This document shows positions 45,621-54,158 of a DNA stretch of 64,000 nt, one piece after another; positions within the stretch are counted from its first letter, which is position 1; every line of letters begins with the position of its first letter. Under the pieces are notes generated by a model. That model was not told where the DNA came from and did not search any database. It worked only from the letters and a program-made list of their open reading frames with translations. This DNA comes from Verrucomicrobiales bacterium. Lineage in GTDB: Bacteria; Verrucomicrobiota; Verrucomicrobiia; Limisphaerales; Palsa-1400. The translations under genes were made by a program, and so were the position numbers. The stretch is taken from NCBI GenBank assembly GCA_003140095.1, contig PLIU01000157.1, positions 971 through 64,970 on the forward strand, read 5' to 3'.

Positions 45621-46190
45621 TTACTGTCTTAAACGGTAGAACTTCGGTGTGCCGGTGATAGGATTGGTCACTGTGAACTGCCCGTTGACGACAACCGGTG
45701 CGGGAGAATTCGTGGCCCAGCCCGCGGGCGCTGCCAGTTCGTCGTGGATAGTAGAGTGTAAAACTGGTGGAGTTGGTGGAGTGTTGCTTGAGTTGGTCGT
45801 CGATTTTTTGCTGTTCGCGCTCGGCGGAAAGAAACTGAGCGGTCGCTCGTTCTTCTCCCTGCCAAGCGGCCACCCTGTTTGGCGGTCGCCGCCTCCCATA
45901 CTGGTCTGATCCCAACTACCCGTGAGAATCCGTTGGCCGTCCGGGGAAAAGGCTACAGAAATAATGAGAGCGTTGTGCCCCTTGAGCCGCTGGCAGTCCG
46001 GAGAAAAGGCCACAGACCAAATCTCATCGGCATGCCCCTTGAGCGTGAGCAACTCCCGGCGGCTGGCCGTCCCGCACCTTGGCCGTCTGATCCACGCTGC
46101 CGGTAACAATCCCCTTCGCCATCTCGCCAACAACTCGGTCCCTCTGACGAAATGGAAAATCCAATTTGACACGAGGGCAAAGTCCGCGAA
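45621..46190 (-). pseudogene. Multiply frameshifted relic of a WD40-repeat protein with a C-terminal ...FYRLRQ domain
   Basis: WD40 signatures are spread over three minus-strand frames: LKGHADEIWSVAFSPD and LKGHNALIISVAFSPDGQRILTGSWDQT (ORF 45621..46172), and GEMAKGIVTGSVDQTAKV (read by hand around 46075-46130). A linker ...VAAWQGEERATAQFLSAEREQQKIDDQLKQ lies in ORF 45592..45915. The repeats are truncated. Confidence 0.6.
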
Positions 46191-46204
46191 AGATAAGGCG
46201 GTGC

Positions 46205-46281
46205 GCCAGCGTAGCTCAGTTGGTTAGAGCGTGGGACTCATAAGCCCGAGGTCAGTGGTTCGACTCCACTCGCTGGCACCA
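46205..46281 (+). tRNA. tRNA with CAU anticodon (elongator tRNA-Met, or tRNA-Ile2 if C34 is lysidinylated), CCA encoded
   Basis: Hand-folded cloverleaf, 77 nt. Acceptor GCCAGCG/CGCTGGC. D arm GCTC-AGTTGGTTA-GAGC. Anticodon arm TGGGA-CTCATAA-GCCCG, which has one U-G and one A-G mismatch. Variable loop AGGTC. T arm AGTGG-TTCGACT-CCACT. Then A, CCA. G1-C72 is paired, so it is not a bacterial initiator. Confidence 0.9.
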
Positions 46282-46316
46282 GTTCATTTTCAACGAGTTA
46301 CAGAATAAATCATTCG

Positions 46317-46592
46317 ATGCTGCCGCCCCATGACGAATTCGTTTTCGCCGAACTCAAACGCGACGGCGCGGACCACACTCTCCGACTGGTTTTCGTGACG
46401 CACGAAATCCTGGTCAGCGGTCAGTCATTGCGCCGCATTGAGGCGTCAATGCAGCAAATGGAATTATCACTCCTGACAAAATTGCCAAGCAGCCAACGCT
46501 CGTTGATCGCGGATGGGCAGCCGGTGATTCTTGAAATTGTCGTGACTGAAATGAAATCGTCAGACAAGCAACCGCAAGAACCGAAGGAGTAA
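46317..46592 (+). CDS. Hypothetical 91-aa protein (no recognisable family)
   Basis: It is the only sizeable ORF in this gap. There is no obvious SD and no motif that I recognise. Confidence 0.3.
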   Translation: MLPPHDEFVFAELKRDGADHTLRLVFVTHEILVSGQSLRRIEASMQQMELSLLTKLPSSQRSLIADGQPVILEIVVTEMKSSDKQPQEPKE

Positions 46593-46663
46593 GCGGATCA
46601 CTCTGGCAACAGGGGGAGAGGGGCGACCGGCAGCCCGTGGAGCGAAGCAGAATCGCGTGCTGG

Positions 46664-47320
46664 TCACGGCGCGAGATGTCTTGGCGTGGTATCGCTTCCG
46701 CGCAGGTCGCATGATAGCGACGACTGGAGCCCGGTCCACGCCATCCGGTGGAACAATTCGTCCATGTCGCGGGCTGGTTCTTTCGCGCCACGATCAAGCC
46801 ACCAGCGCAGCAGCGATAGCAAACTCCCGGCCAAGGCAGAGCCGCGAGCAGCCAACTCGCGTTGCGGAAGCTTCGGAAGTCGCTTGGATTCCCGGAGGCG
46901 CTGCTCAATCCCCCGGGAAAAGTAGCCTTGCGCAAGATCGAAGAAATCGTTGAGACGGCCAGAGTCGGCCAGCGCGCGATACACCTTCCTCTGGCTGCCG
47001 ATGTGCGCAAACAACTCCGCCACAGGGACAACTCGACGCGACTCTTCCTTGCGAACGCTCAGCGCCGTGCTCATCATTTTCAGGAACTTCTCAAACTGGC
47101 TGAGAAGCAGGTCATTCTTGTCGCGGAAGTGAAAATAAAAGGTGGAACGACCGACCGAGGCGCGATCCAGCACTTCCTGCACCGTCACGTCATCCATCGG
47201 CTTTTCTTGGATCAACTGCACAAGGGCGATCCCAAGCCGCCCGTGCGTCCGCCGAATGCGCTCATCGGGCTTTCGCGGCTGTTTTTGTTTCGTGTGCCCA
47301 GTCTGTTCCGGTAATCTCAT
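46664..47320 (-). CDS. TetR/AcrR-family transcriptional regulator
   Basis: N-terminal HTH: ...RTHGRLGIALVQLIQEKPMDDVTVQEVLDRASVGRSTFYFHFRDKNDLL. Confidence 0.85.
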   Translation of the reverse strand: MRLPEQTGHTKQKQPRKPDERIRRTHGRLGIALVQLIQEKPMDDVTVQEVLDRASVGRSTFYFHFRDKNDLLLSQFEKFLKMMSTALSVRKEESRRVVPVAELFAHIGSQRKVYRALADSGRLNDFFDLAQGYFSRGIEQRLRESKRLPKLPQRELAARGSALAGSLLSLLRWWLDRGAKEPARDMDELFHRMAWTGLQSSLSCDLRGSDTTPRHLAP

Positions 47321-47488
47321 CCTGTTCCTTTCTACGATAACAGTCTGTCAGTTCCAAGATCAAAGCGGCGATTCCGAGTGAAAACACCATCTGAAGCGCT
47401 CTTTTCTGGACATCGACCGCCTCTTTGTTCAAGAACCCGCTAGCTGTCATTGACGCGGGGGACGGATAACCGCTACAAAGCAAATTAT

Positions 47489-47854
47489 ATGACAAACCGC
47501 TATTCATTCCGTTTACTTACGATTGGGGCCATGTTCATTGTCGCACCGACCGCTCCCGCGCAACAGACCGTTAGGCGACCGGGTGCTAATGACAAAGACG
47601 AACACGGCCAGCGCGCCACACAAGGCGATGTGCCGATAGTCGGACAGATGGTCAAGGTGCTGACCGAGAAACTTGATCTCACCGGCGATCAGCAGGCCAG
47701 AATCATTTCTGCGCATCCGGATGTCCTCTTCGAGAGGATTCAACGCCGGGGCAGGGAGATTCCACCCTTGGAACGAGATGCAGTATCCCGATGGTTCGAG
47801 ATGTTCCAGGCACCGACACCCGAGAGGAGATGGCACTCTTTGATGAGCCTCTGA
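47489..47854 (+). CDS. Small secreted protein, possibly a truncated Spy/CpxP-like fragment
   Basis: ATG 47489 gives a signal peptide MTNRYSFRLLTIGAMFIVAPTAPAQQ. ...VKVLTEKLDLTGDQQARI... resembles LTxxQ motifs. The C-terminal half looks non-native. It is divergent from the TetR gene. Confidence 0.35.
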   Translation: MTNRYSFRLLTIGAMFIVAPTAPAQQTVRRPGANDKDEHGQRATQGDVPIVGQMVKVLTEKLDLTGDQQARIISAHPDVLFERIQRRGREIPPLERDAVSRWFEMFQAPTPERRWHSLMSL

Positions 47855-47870
47855 TATCTTCGGCGACGGA

Positions 47871-48266
47871 ATGAGAAAGCAATATCACATTCGGGATTCA
47901 GAGCATGGGTTGCTGGCTTGGGACGTGGACCGGTTGCTCCGTCTCACGTCGGAGCAAGAGTCGGTTGATTTGCCTCTAGAGAGGATTCGAGAACTCGACG
48001 AGACTTTCTGGTTCTCCAGCGATGGCGAGCCCCCAACATGCCGTCTAGTCGCGAAACACGCCAAGTTGATTAGTGAAACGAGTTTGGATCACCCAATAAT
48101 CATCGATCCCGAAGGGCGCGTTATGGACGGCATGCATCGAGTATGCAAGGCGTTGATCGGCGGCCTGAAGACCATCAAAGCCGTCAAATTGTCGGCCATG
48201 CCAGAGCCTGATTTCGTCGGTGTTCCAATTGATCAATTGCCATACGCAAAAGCCGAACAATCGTGA
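47871..48266 (+). CDS. Stand-alone ParB/sulfiredoxin-fold domain protein (DGxHR motif)
   Basis: 131 aa. ...HPIIIDPEGRVMDGMHRVCKALIGGLKTIKAVKL..., i.e. the ParB N-terminal/Srx (D/E)GxHR box. Confidence 0.5.
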   Translation: MRKQYHIRDSEHGLLAWDVDRLLRLTSEQESVDLPLERIRELDETFWFSSDGEPPTCRLVAKHAKLISETSLDHPIIIDPEGRVMDGMHRVCKALIGGLKTIKAVKLSAMPEPDFVGVPIDQLPYAKAEQS

Positions 48267-48393
48267 TGGAGAGAACGCTCGTTAGAACGGCGTAGCGGCT
48301 TCAGCCAACATTATTAGAACTTTACAGATCCACTCCCTGATTGCTCCGCCCAGCGCGGCCGCAGGAACATCGCGGAATCCCGGGGCGAAACTC

Positions 48394-48460
48394 GCCACGG
48401 AAAAGCGAATGCGGAAAGAGAAAGATTTGAGCCGGAAGGAACTGCGGAAACCGTGAAATC
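48394..48460 (+). repeat. Short dispersed repeat, degenerate copy C (GCCACGGAAAAGCGAATGCGGAAAGAG...CCGTGAAATC)
   Basis: Looser match to copies A and B (GCCACRRAAAGnGCG..AA.G core, and GTGAAATC as in 62478-62495). Confidence 0.3.
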
Positions 48461-49304
48461 ATTCTGGCAACAGGCTTAACAGATTGGTTTTGATATAACT
48501 GCCAGCGAACTGCGGGTCGCAACTGATTCCGCTACGCAGCAATGGCTCCATATCCGAACAAAACCCACGGTCCTTGAGATGCGCTTCAAGAATTCCAACG
48601 AACTCCGCGCGGCCAGCTTTGGTACCTTCTTGTTTCATATAATGCTGAAACGATTCAATAACGGCGGGTGGATTAACGGGGCTGGTGGACTTGGTCAGCG
48701 CCCAATACAAATCGAACAAATCCCGCCCGCGCTTGCGCTGGAACATGGCCCGCATCTTGGTGCCCAGCATCTCATGAATGTCGTAGCCCTTGATTTGCGT
48801 TTGGATGGATTTATCCCGGAACGGAAAACTAAACGGGATTTCAACCACGGCAAGATGCGGCTTGCGCTCGGTCACATTCGCCTCGACCACGATGTTTAGC
48901 ATCCGGCCAGATTCGATGATCGAAGGAATTGAATAGGTCATTCGCAAAACCCGCGATGGCTTGACGGTGTTTCGCAATGCCAATTTGATGGTGCCCCACA
49001 CGGATGCCTTCGGCGTTCCCAACACCTCCTTCAAAACCCGCCGGACAGCCCGGCGGATATGCTCTTCCGGGCGAGTTCCCACCACCACCAAATCAATGTC
49101 TTCACTGTAGCGGGATGGCGGCGCCAGATGAACTTTATGCAGGAGCGTGCCGCCACGCATCGCAATTTGACTCCTCAAAAAGGCATCATCGAAAAGCGCC
49201 ACCATTGTCCGGCACAACAGAAGGTCCTGCTCAACTTGATGCTGCGTTGACCACGGCACGACGGCTTGATGGGCCAAAATATCCTGGCGCGTGATCGGTG
49301 TCAT
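48459..49304 (-). CDS. abiEii: AbiEii/AbiGii-family nucleotidyltransferase toxin (DUF1814)
   Basis: ...IAMRGGTLLHKVHLAPPSRYSEDIDLVVVG... (GG-x-L...R.S.DID motif). ATGA overlap with the upstream AbiEi gene. Confidence 0.85.
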   Translation of the reverse strand: MTPITRQDILAHQAVVPWSTQHQVEQDLLLCRTMVALFDDAFLRSQIAMRGGTLLHKVHLAPPSRYSEDIDLVVVGTRPEEHIRRAVRRVLKEVLGTPKASVWGTIKLALRNTVKPSRVLRMTYSIPSIIESGRMLNIVVEANVTERKPHLAVVEIPFSFPFRDKSIQTQIKGYDIHEMLGTKMRAMFQRKRGRDLFDLYWALTKSTSPVNPPAVIESFQHYMKQEGTKAGRAEFVGILEAHLKDRGFCSDMEPLLRSGISCDPQFAGSYIKTNLLSLLPE

Positions 49305-50125
49305 AATTTCAATTCGCCGGAATTATTGAGAACCTGCCAGCGTTCAACGACGGGAAGGTATTTGCGTTCACCTTTTAACGGAGACAGAGGAACTGTCACC
49401 AATTTGTCGGGAAGCCAATCGTAAATGACTTGAGCCAGCTTTTTCGCTCCGCCAGCTTCGATGACAAAACCCAGCCGTTGGGCGATGGCTGGCTCATTTT
49501 CCGCCTCCAACACTCGTTTAAGTTCGCGGGCGCGCAAGACTGGAAATAGCGGGCCGATGGTTTCAGCCGCGCTCTCGATTCCACCAATGCTGGTCGCATA
49601 CCGGATCAGGTCAAATGCCGTTGCCTCCGGTGTGCTGATACAAAGCGGAGACATTGCCTGCGCCAGTTGCTGCGTCGGTGTTCGTTCAATCCCGCGTTTG
49701 ACGAAAAACCTGACTTGAATCCGCCCCACATTGATTGCCCGGCATGGACGGTCGGTCATCACCTGTGTCATCTGCAACGCTTGTGGATTTGAGCCAAACG
49801 AACTTGCCGCAGATTGGAGCGCCAGATAATATGGGTGCCCAAGCCAGGTAAAGTAATCTTGTAGCCACCAGATCGCCGGTGGAGCGCCCATTGCGCGATG
49901 CTCCGGCCCGACGATCAAAAAGAACGCCTGCCTTCGCGAAACCCTGACCACTTTGCCCCGAAGCCTCAACAACTGGAATTTCGCGGCAACAGCCGACAGC
50001 CCCGATTCTGCCGTCAATTCAGCCAGAGAAAATGCAACGCGACCCAAAGCCAAACGCGCGTCTATAAAGGCTTCTGCCGCACCAATTTGACGAGGCTTTT
50101 GAGCGTATTTAGGCTTATTTTTCAT
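49301..50125 (-). CDS. abiEi: AbiEi-family antitoxin/transcriptional regulator
   Basis: 274 aa. N-terminal winged-helix-like ...FSLAELTAESGLSAVAAKFQLLRLRGKVVRVSRRQAFFLIV... The size and the pairing with AbiEii are typical. Confidence 0.75.
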   Translation of the reverse strand: MKNKPKYAQKPRQIGAAEAFIDARLALGRVAFSLAELTAESGLSAVAAKFQLLRLRGKVVRVSRRQAFFLIVGPEHRAMGAPPAIWWLQDYFTWLGHPYYLALQSAASSFGSNPQALQMTQVMTDRPCRAINVGRIQVRFFVKRGIERTPTQQLAQAMSPLCISTPEATAFDLIRYATSIGGIESAAETIGPLFPVLRARELKRVLEAENEPAIAQRLGFVIEAGGAKKLAQVIYDWLPDKLVTVPLSPLKGERKYLPVVERWQVLNNSGELKL

Positions 50126-50386
50126 TTACGTAGCGTAGCGTAAGACGCTTCATTATGCAAACGAAATATATGAGCCAAACAGTTGACCGTGCCACTCTTG
50201 GCGCTCAAACTCCCCTTGCTTGTTACGGACCTTTTCCAACCGCAAGATTGATCTGTGTCGCGTGTTTGGAGTTAAGGCGGACTCTCCTTCCGCCCGCCCT
50301 GGACGCGGGTGATTTCGGCGTTGGTGGCGGGATCAATACATTGCTTGCTTTCATAGGTTTTGATTGTTTGGTGCTATTCGTCTGAA

Positions 50387-51478
50387 TCATTTAAAGCTAA
50401 AGCGCCGTTTGAGCGCATTCAAATGTGTGAAGGGCAACAACTTTTCATGCTGAAGACATCCGACGACGATGCCCGGAGAGATGCCGAGTTGGTCTGCGAA
50501 ACGTTGGATAGTTTCAGTAGTAAATCGTCCTTGGCGGCGAAATTCCGCAAGATCGTGTTTTGGAATCAGGAAATCGGAAGCGAAAGTGTCGGCCTCTTCC
50601 TCCTTACGGCGTGTTTCGGGATCAAAAGCGCCGTTTGGTGCTTCGATAAATATGTCCCGTTTGCCATGCTTAAGAATGTGAGCTGCCTCATGGAAAAAGG
50701 TGAACCAGAGGAAATCGTCGGCTTTACCTCTCAAGCTGAGTTGAAGAATGGCTTTCTTGGGCGTCAACCAACGAGTTGCCCCATACGCGCCAGTACCGGG
50801 AAGTTCAGGAACAAAGACCAGAGCGATTCCAGTAGAGCGGCAGAGTTCTCCAGCCTTTGGAACGAATACATCGGGTTTAGCGGTCGTCAGCTTGCGAATC
50901 TCGTAGAGTGCTTTCATGAACATCTCTTGGTTGTAAGCTTCCGCGCGAATCTGTTGAGCGACAAGTTCCCCCTGCCGAAGCCACGCGGCCGCGGCCATTG
51001 GGTTGGCCTTAAAGGCGGTGGATTTGCGAAATGCCACCTGAGGAGACGTCCAGATGCATTCCCATTCCTTGACACCGGCGACGCCAAAGAAGTTTAGCAA
51101 GGCGCGCATTTGCGCAGCCGGCGAGTCGCATTCGGGAAGCCATCCGATTTTCGTGAGCGGCGTCAGCGGGAATTGTTTTAGCCAGGAAGAGCCGGGCGCA
51201 AGGCCGCGATCCTCCTCAAGCCTGGCGAGTGTGGCTTCATAATTGCGCTGAGAGGAGTTCCAGAAATTAGCAGGAACACCGGTAGCGCGCTCGAGCTGTA
51301 GGGCGGTTCCGGCCGTTATAGCCTTTTTCCCTTGAATAATTTCGCTGATCATTTGCAAAGGCCGGCCCATACGCTGAGCGAGTTCCGCCTGGGGCATGCC
51401 CAACTCTGCAAGAGTCTCAGCGAGCGTTTCCCCAGGGTGAATTGCGTAATCGGGTTGAAAAAAGGTGCTCGTGTTCAT
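50387..51478 (-). CDS. HigA-type XRE-HTH antitoxin fused to an ImmA/IrrE (M78) zinc metallopeptidase domain
   Basis: N-terminus IHPGETLAETLAELGMPQAELAQRMGRPLQMISEIIQGKKAITAGTALQLERATGVPANFWNSSQRNYE (HigA signature). C-terminal half contains FTFFHEAAHILKHG (HExxH). Confidence 0.85.
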   Translation of the reverse strand: MNTSTFFQPDYAIHPGETLAETLAELGMPQAELAQRMGRPLQMISEIIQGKKAITAGTALQLERATGVPANFWNSSQRNYEATLARLEEDRGLAPGSSWLKQFPLTPLTKIGWLPECDSPAAQMRALLNFFGVAGVKEWECIWTSPQVAFRKSTAFKANPMAAAAWLRQGELVAQQIRAEAYNQEMFMKALYEIRKLTTAKPDVFVPKAGELCRSTGIALVFVPELPGTGAYGATRWLTPKKAILQLSLRGKADDFLWFTFFHEAAHILKHGKRDIFIEAPNGAFDPETRRKEEEADTFASDFLIPKHDLAEFRRQGRFTTETIQRFADQLGISPGIVVGCLQHEKLLPFTHLNALKRRFSFK

Positions 51479-51481
51479 TTA

Positions 51482-51817
51482 TCAATGTGTGTCGGCAATT
51501 TCAATTAATTGCACTTTCGTGATGCGTCCCCAGTCCAGGCCGCCATCAGGCTTTCTGGGCGCCTCCTCATGATTGCAGATCAAAATGAGACGCCACGGGT
51601 GCTTGGCATCGACAGAAATTTGCTCATTCCTGTCTGCCTTCAATTCATGGACCCGCGTTTGGGGCAACTTTGAAAGATCTTCAAGCGTCGCCGCATCGCG
51701 AATATTCTGTAAGCGCAGGCCGATGCGGCGGCCGTTATCTGGACCGTATGTCCGTATCAGCTCCCGTTCGGAGTTCATAACCTTTGCCATCCTGTTATTC
51801 TTGAAAGAAAGTTCCAC
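51482..51817 (-). CDS. higB: HigB-like toxin (plasmid maintenance system killer / RelE-ParE superfamily)
   Basis: MELSFKNNRMAKVM...RIGLRLQNIRDAATLEDLSKLPQTRVHELKADRNEQISVDAKHPWRLILI. It lies 3 nt upstream of the HigA-like gene. Confidence 0.8.
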   Translation of the reverse strand: MELSFKNNRMAKVMNSERELIRTYGPDNGRRIGLRLQNIRDAATLEDLSKLPQTRVHELKADRNEQISVDAKHPWRLILICNHEEAPRKPDGGLDWGRITKVQLIEIADTH

Positions 51818-51829
51818 AAGTTTGAACAG

Positions 51830-51875
51830 TTGTCAATGTTTCATTCATCCCAAAGGTGAATGAAACAGGTGACAA
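51830..51875. promoter_or_regulatory. Nested palindrome upstream of higB (candidate operator)
   Basis: TTGTCA-ATG-TTTCATTCA-[TCCCAAAGG]-TGAATGAAA-CAGG-TGACAA. The inner arms GTTTCATTCA/TGAATGAAAC are a perfect 10 bp. It lies 13-58 nt upstream of the higB ATG. Confidence 0.5.
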
Positions 51876-52008
51876 TGACAAGAGCATTTAAACGTAGTTT
51901 TTTGGGGACCCTGGCTGGGGCAAGGTAGGGCCGGAAGAGGTGGCGTTTTTTTGGCGTTCGATCGTCTCACGTTACGCCCTTGCTCCCGGCGGAATGGAAG
52001 TATAAAAA

Positions 52009-53235
52009 TTGCCTGACTTGAACGAAGCAGAACGTAATGGGGCGGGCCGCTCTTCGTCCCGCTGGCTTAACCGCACTGTGCTGGGCATCGGCCTGGCCTC
52101 GCTCTTCAGCGATTGGTCGCATGAAATGGCCACGACCGTTCTGCCCGGCTTTTTGGCGACGATGGGCGTGGCGGCGGCGTGGTTGGGGTTGATTGAAGGC
52201 ATCTCGGACGGATTGTCCAGCTTCGCCAAAATGGGTTCGGGTTACTTCACGGACCGGCTGCAACGCCGCAAGCCCATCGCCGTCATTGGTTATTTGGTTA
52301 CGGCGCTGGGCACGGCCGCTTTGAGCTTGGCGACGGCGGCGTGGCATGTTTTGCTGGCCCGCTCGCTGGCCTGGTTTGGACGCGGTGTGCGCACACCCGT
52401 GCGCAAGGCGCTGCTGGCAGCCTCGGTCACGAGAGAAACTTACGGCCGCGCCTTTGGCTTTGAACGAATGATGGATACCATCGGCGCCATTGCCGGCCCG
52501 GCTTCGGCGTTTTTTCTGCTGCAGGCCTTTCACCATCATTACCCGGCGCTGTTTGCCGTCACGCTTGTCCCCAGCCTCACTGCGGCTGCGCTGATGGCCT
52601 GGGCCGTGAAGGAGAAGTCGCGGACACCGGTGCCGCATATTTCGTTTGGTGAGCGGTTGCGCCTGCTGCCGCCGGCTTACCGCCAGTTTCTCCTGGCCGC
52701 CGGGTTGTTTGGCGCGGGAGATTTTGCGCATACCCTGCTCATCCTGCTGGCCACGCAAAAGCTCACCCCCGCGCATGGCGCGTCCACGGCCGCTAGCATG
52801 GCCGCCGCGCTCTACGTGTTGCACAACGTGTTTTACGCGGCGTTTTCATTTGTGGCGGGCTGGCTCGCGGATCGAATGAAGAAGAACCTTCTGCTGGCTG
52901 CGGGCTATTTTCTGGCGGCGCTGATGGCGGTGGCCCTGATGGTGTTGCCGTTGAGCTTGTGGTCACTTGCTCTGATCTTTTCGCTGGGCGGCGTTTATGT
53001 GGCCTTGGAAGAAACGCTGGAAGATTCGTTTTGCGCCGCCCTGGTGAGCGAAGCCCAGCACGGGATGGCCTTCGGCGTCCTGGCGACGGTCAACGGCGCC
53101 GGAGATTTTCTCTCGAGCGTGGTCGTGGGCGCGCTCTGGACGGCGGTGGGGACAAAGGCGGCATTTGGCTACAGCGCGGTTTTGTTCATGGCTGGAGCGC
53201 TGTTGATTCTGCGTATCGGCTCGAGGACGGATTGA
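52009..53235 (+). CDS. MFS transporter
   Basis: About 12 hydrophobic segments. N-terminal ...LGIGLASLFSDWSHEMATTVLPGFL... and ...GYFTDRLQRRKP... loop. The start is uncertain (TTG 52009 or the downstream GTG near 52078). Confidence 0.8.
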   Translation: MPDLNEAERNGAGRSSSRWLNRTVLGIGLASLFSDWSHEMATTVLPGFLATMGVAAAWLGLIEGISDGLSSFAKMGSGYFTDRLQRRKPIAVIGYLVTALGTAALSLATAAWHVLLARSLAWFGRGVRTPVRKALLAASVTRETYGRAFGFERMMDTIGAIAGPASAFFLLQAFHHHYPALFAVTLVPSLTAAALMAWAVKEKSRTPVPHISFGERLRLLPPAYRQFLLAAGLFGAGDFAHTLLILLATQKLTPAHGASTAASMAAALYVLHNVFYAAFSFVAGWLADRMKKNLLLAAGYFLAALMAVALMVLPLSLWSLALIFSLGGVYVALEETLEDSFCAALVSEAQHGMAFGVLATVNGAGDFLSSVVVGALWTAVGTKAAFGYSAVLFMAGALLILRIGSRTD

Positions 53236-53258
53236 GCCACCGGCGCGTTGTAACGGGT

Positions 53259-54158
53259 CTATCGCCGGCTGTGCGGTTTGGGGTTGGCAAAGTCTTCGAG
53301 GATCAGTTGCCCGGCCGGCTCGTCGATGGTGACGAGGGCGAAATGCGAAAGCAAGCCGGCTCCCAAGAGCCCGTCTTCTTCCGCCAGCAGTTTTTCCGTA
53401 TGCAGCCCCGTGGAAACGTGGTCCAAGGTCAGACGGCCAAGACGCACGGATTGGTTGTTTTGCCGGATTTGCACACTGGTGACGCCCACGCCGAGTTCCT
53501 GGGACGAGTCCTGGCTGGCGAGAACTTGTGTTGAAACGGCCCAGTGCAAAGCGGAAGCGCAACCGGTGTCCAATCGCGCCCAGGCCTTTCCGAGACCCAC
53601 CACCTCCACTGGCACTCGCAGCCTCAAAGCCTGTATCCGTAAAGGCAGAACCTCGGCCTTCACCCCCGGTTTGCTTTTTGCCAACAAGCGAATCTTATCT
53701 CTTGCGAAATCAATCTGCACGACGCGCCCGGCGAAAAAATCGGCTCCGACGAGACCGTCCACCTGGCGGTGGCAAGCGGCGCTAAGCGCCGAGAGATCCA
53801 TAGCCAGGAAGTTGGTGGGCAGATCAACGCCCCCCATTCGGGGCGGCAAAGACTGGCTCCGAAATCCCAAAGTGGTGGAGGTGATCCCGCGAACCGTGAC
53901 CGGCTGGCCTAATTCCAAGTGGAGGCGGCGCGCGGTTTGAAGATCCATCACACTCGCCTCAGCTCCGGAATCAAGAATGAATTGCAATGGATTGCCGCCG
54001 CACGGGCTGTCAACCTGGACCCAGATCAATCCGGCGCGCAGCTTGAACGGGGATTCGGACAATGGGCCGCACCATGCAGAAACCCCCTTGCACAGCAAAA
54101 GGCACACAGCAACGCAGATGAACCTGCGTGTAAATAGGGATACAACCTGCCTTTTCAC
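53259..54158 (-). CDS. Secreted two-domain retropepsin-like aspartic protease
   Basis: Signal peptide ...FICVAVCLLLCKGVSA. Two catalytic-type motifs, FILDSGAEASVM and ARLDTGCASALHW, each in a ~120-aa half. GTG start. Confidence 0.7.
   Translation of the reverse strand: MKRQVVSLFTRRFICVAVCLLLCKGVSAWCGPLSESPFKLRAGLIWVQVDSPCGGNPLQFILDSGAEASVMDLQTARRLHLELGQPVTVRGITSTTLGFRSQSLPPRMGGVDLPTNFLAMDLSALSAACHRQVDGLVGADFFAGRVVQIDFARDKIRLLAKSKPGVKAEVLPLRIQALRLRVPVEVVGLGKAWARLDTGCASALHWAVSTQVLASQDSSQELGVGVTSVQIRQNNQSVRLGRLTLDHVSTGLHTEKLLAEEDGLLGAGLLSHFALVTIDEPAGQLILEDFANPKPHSRR

Noticed and set aside
45621-46172. ORF 45621..46172(-) as an intact 183-aa gene.
   Set aside because: It contains truncated WD40 repeats, and neighbouring repeat pieces lie in the other two frames. 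It is treated as a pseudogene relic.
46205-46281. tRNA(CAU) as initiator tRNA-fMet.
   Set aside because: Positions 1 and 72 are base-paired (G-C), and the three G-C pairs are not at the 29-31/39-41 position. Elongator Met or Ile2 is more likely. These two cannot be separated by eye.
46282-51900. Calling the tRNA-adjacent islet an integrated mobile element or prophage remnant.
   Set aside because: No integrase, recombinase, transposase or phage structural genes are present, and I could find no direct repeat of the tRNA 3' end. It is reported only as an accessory islet.
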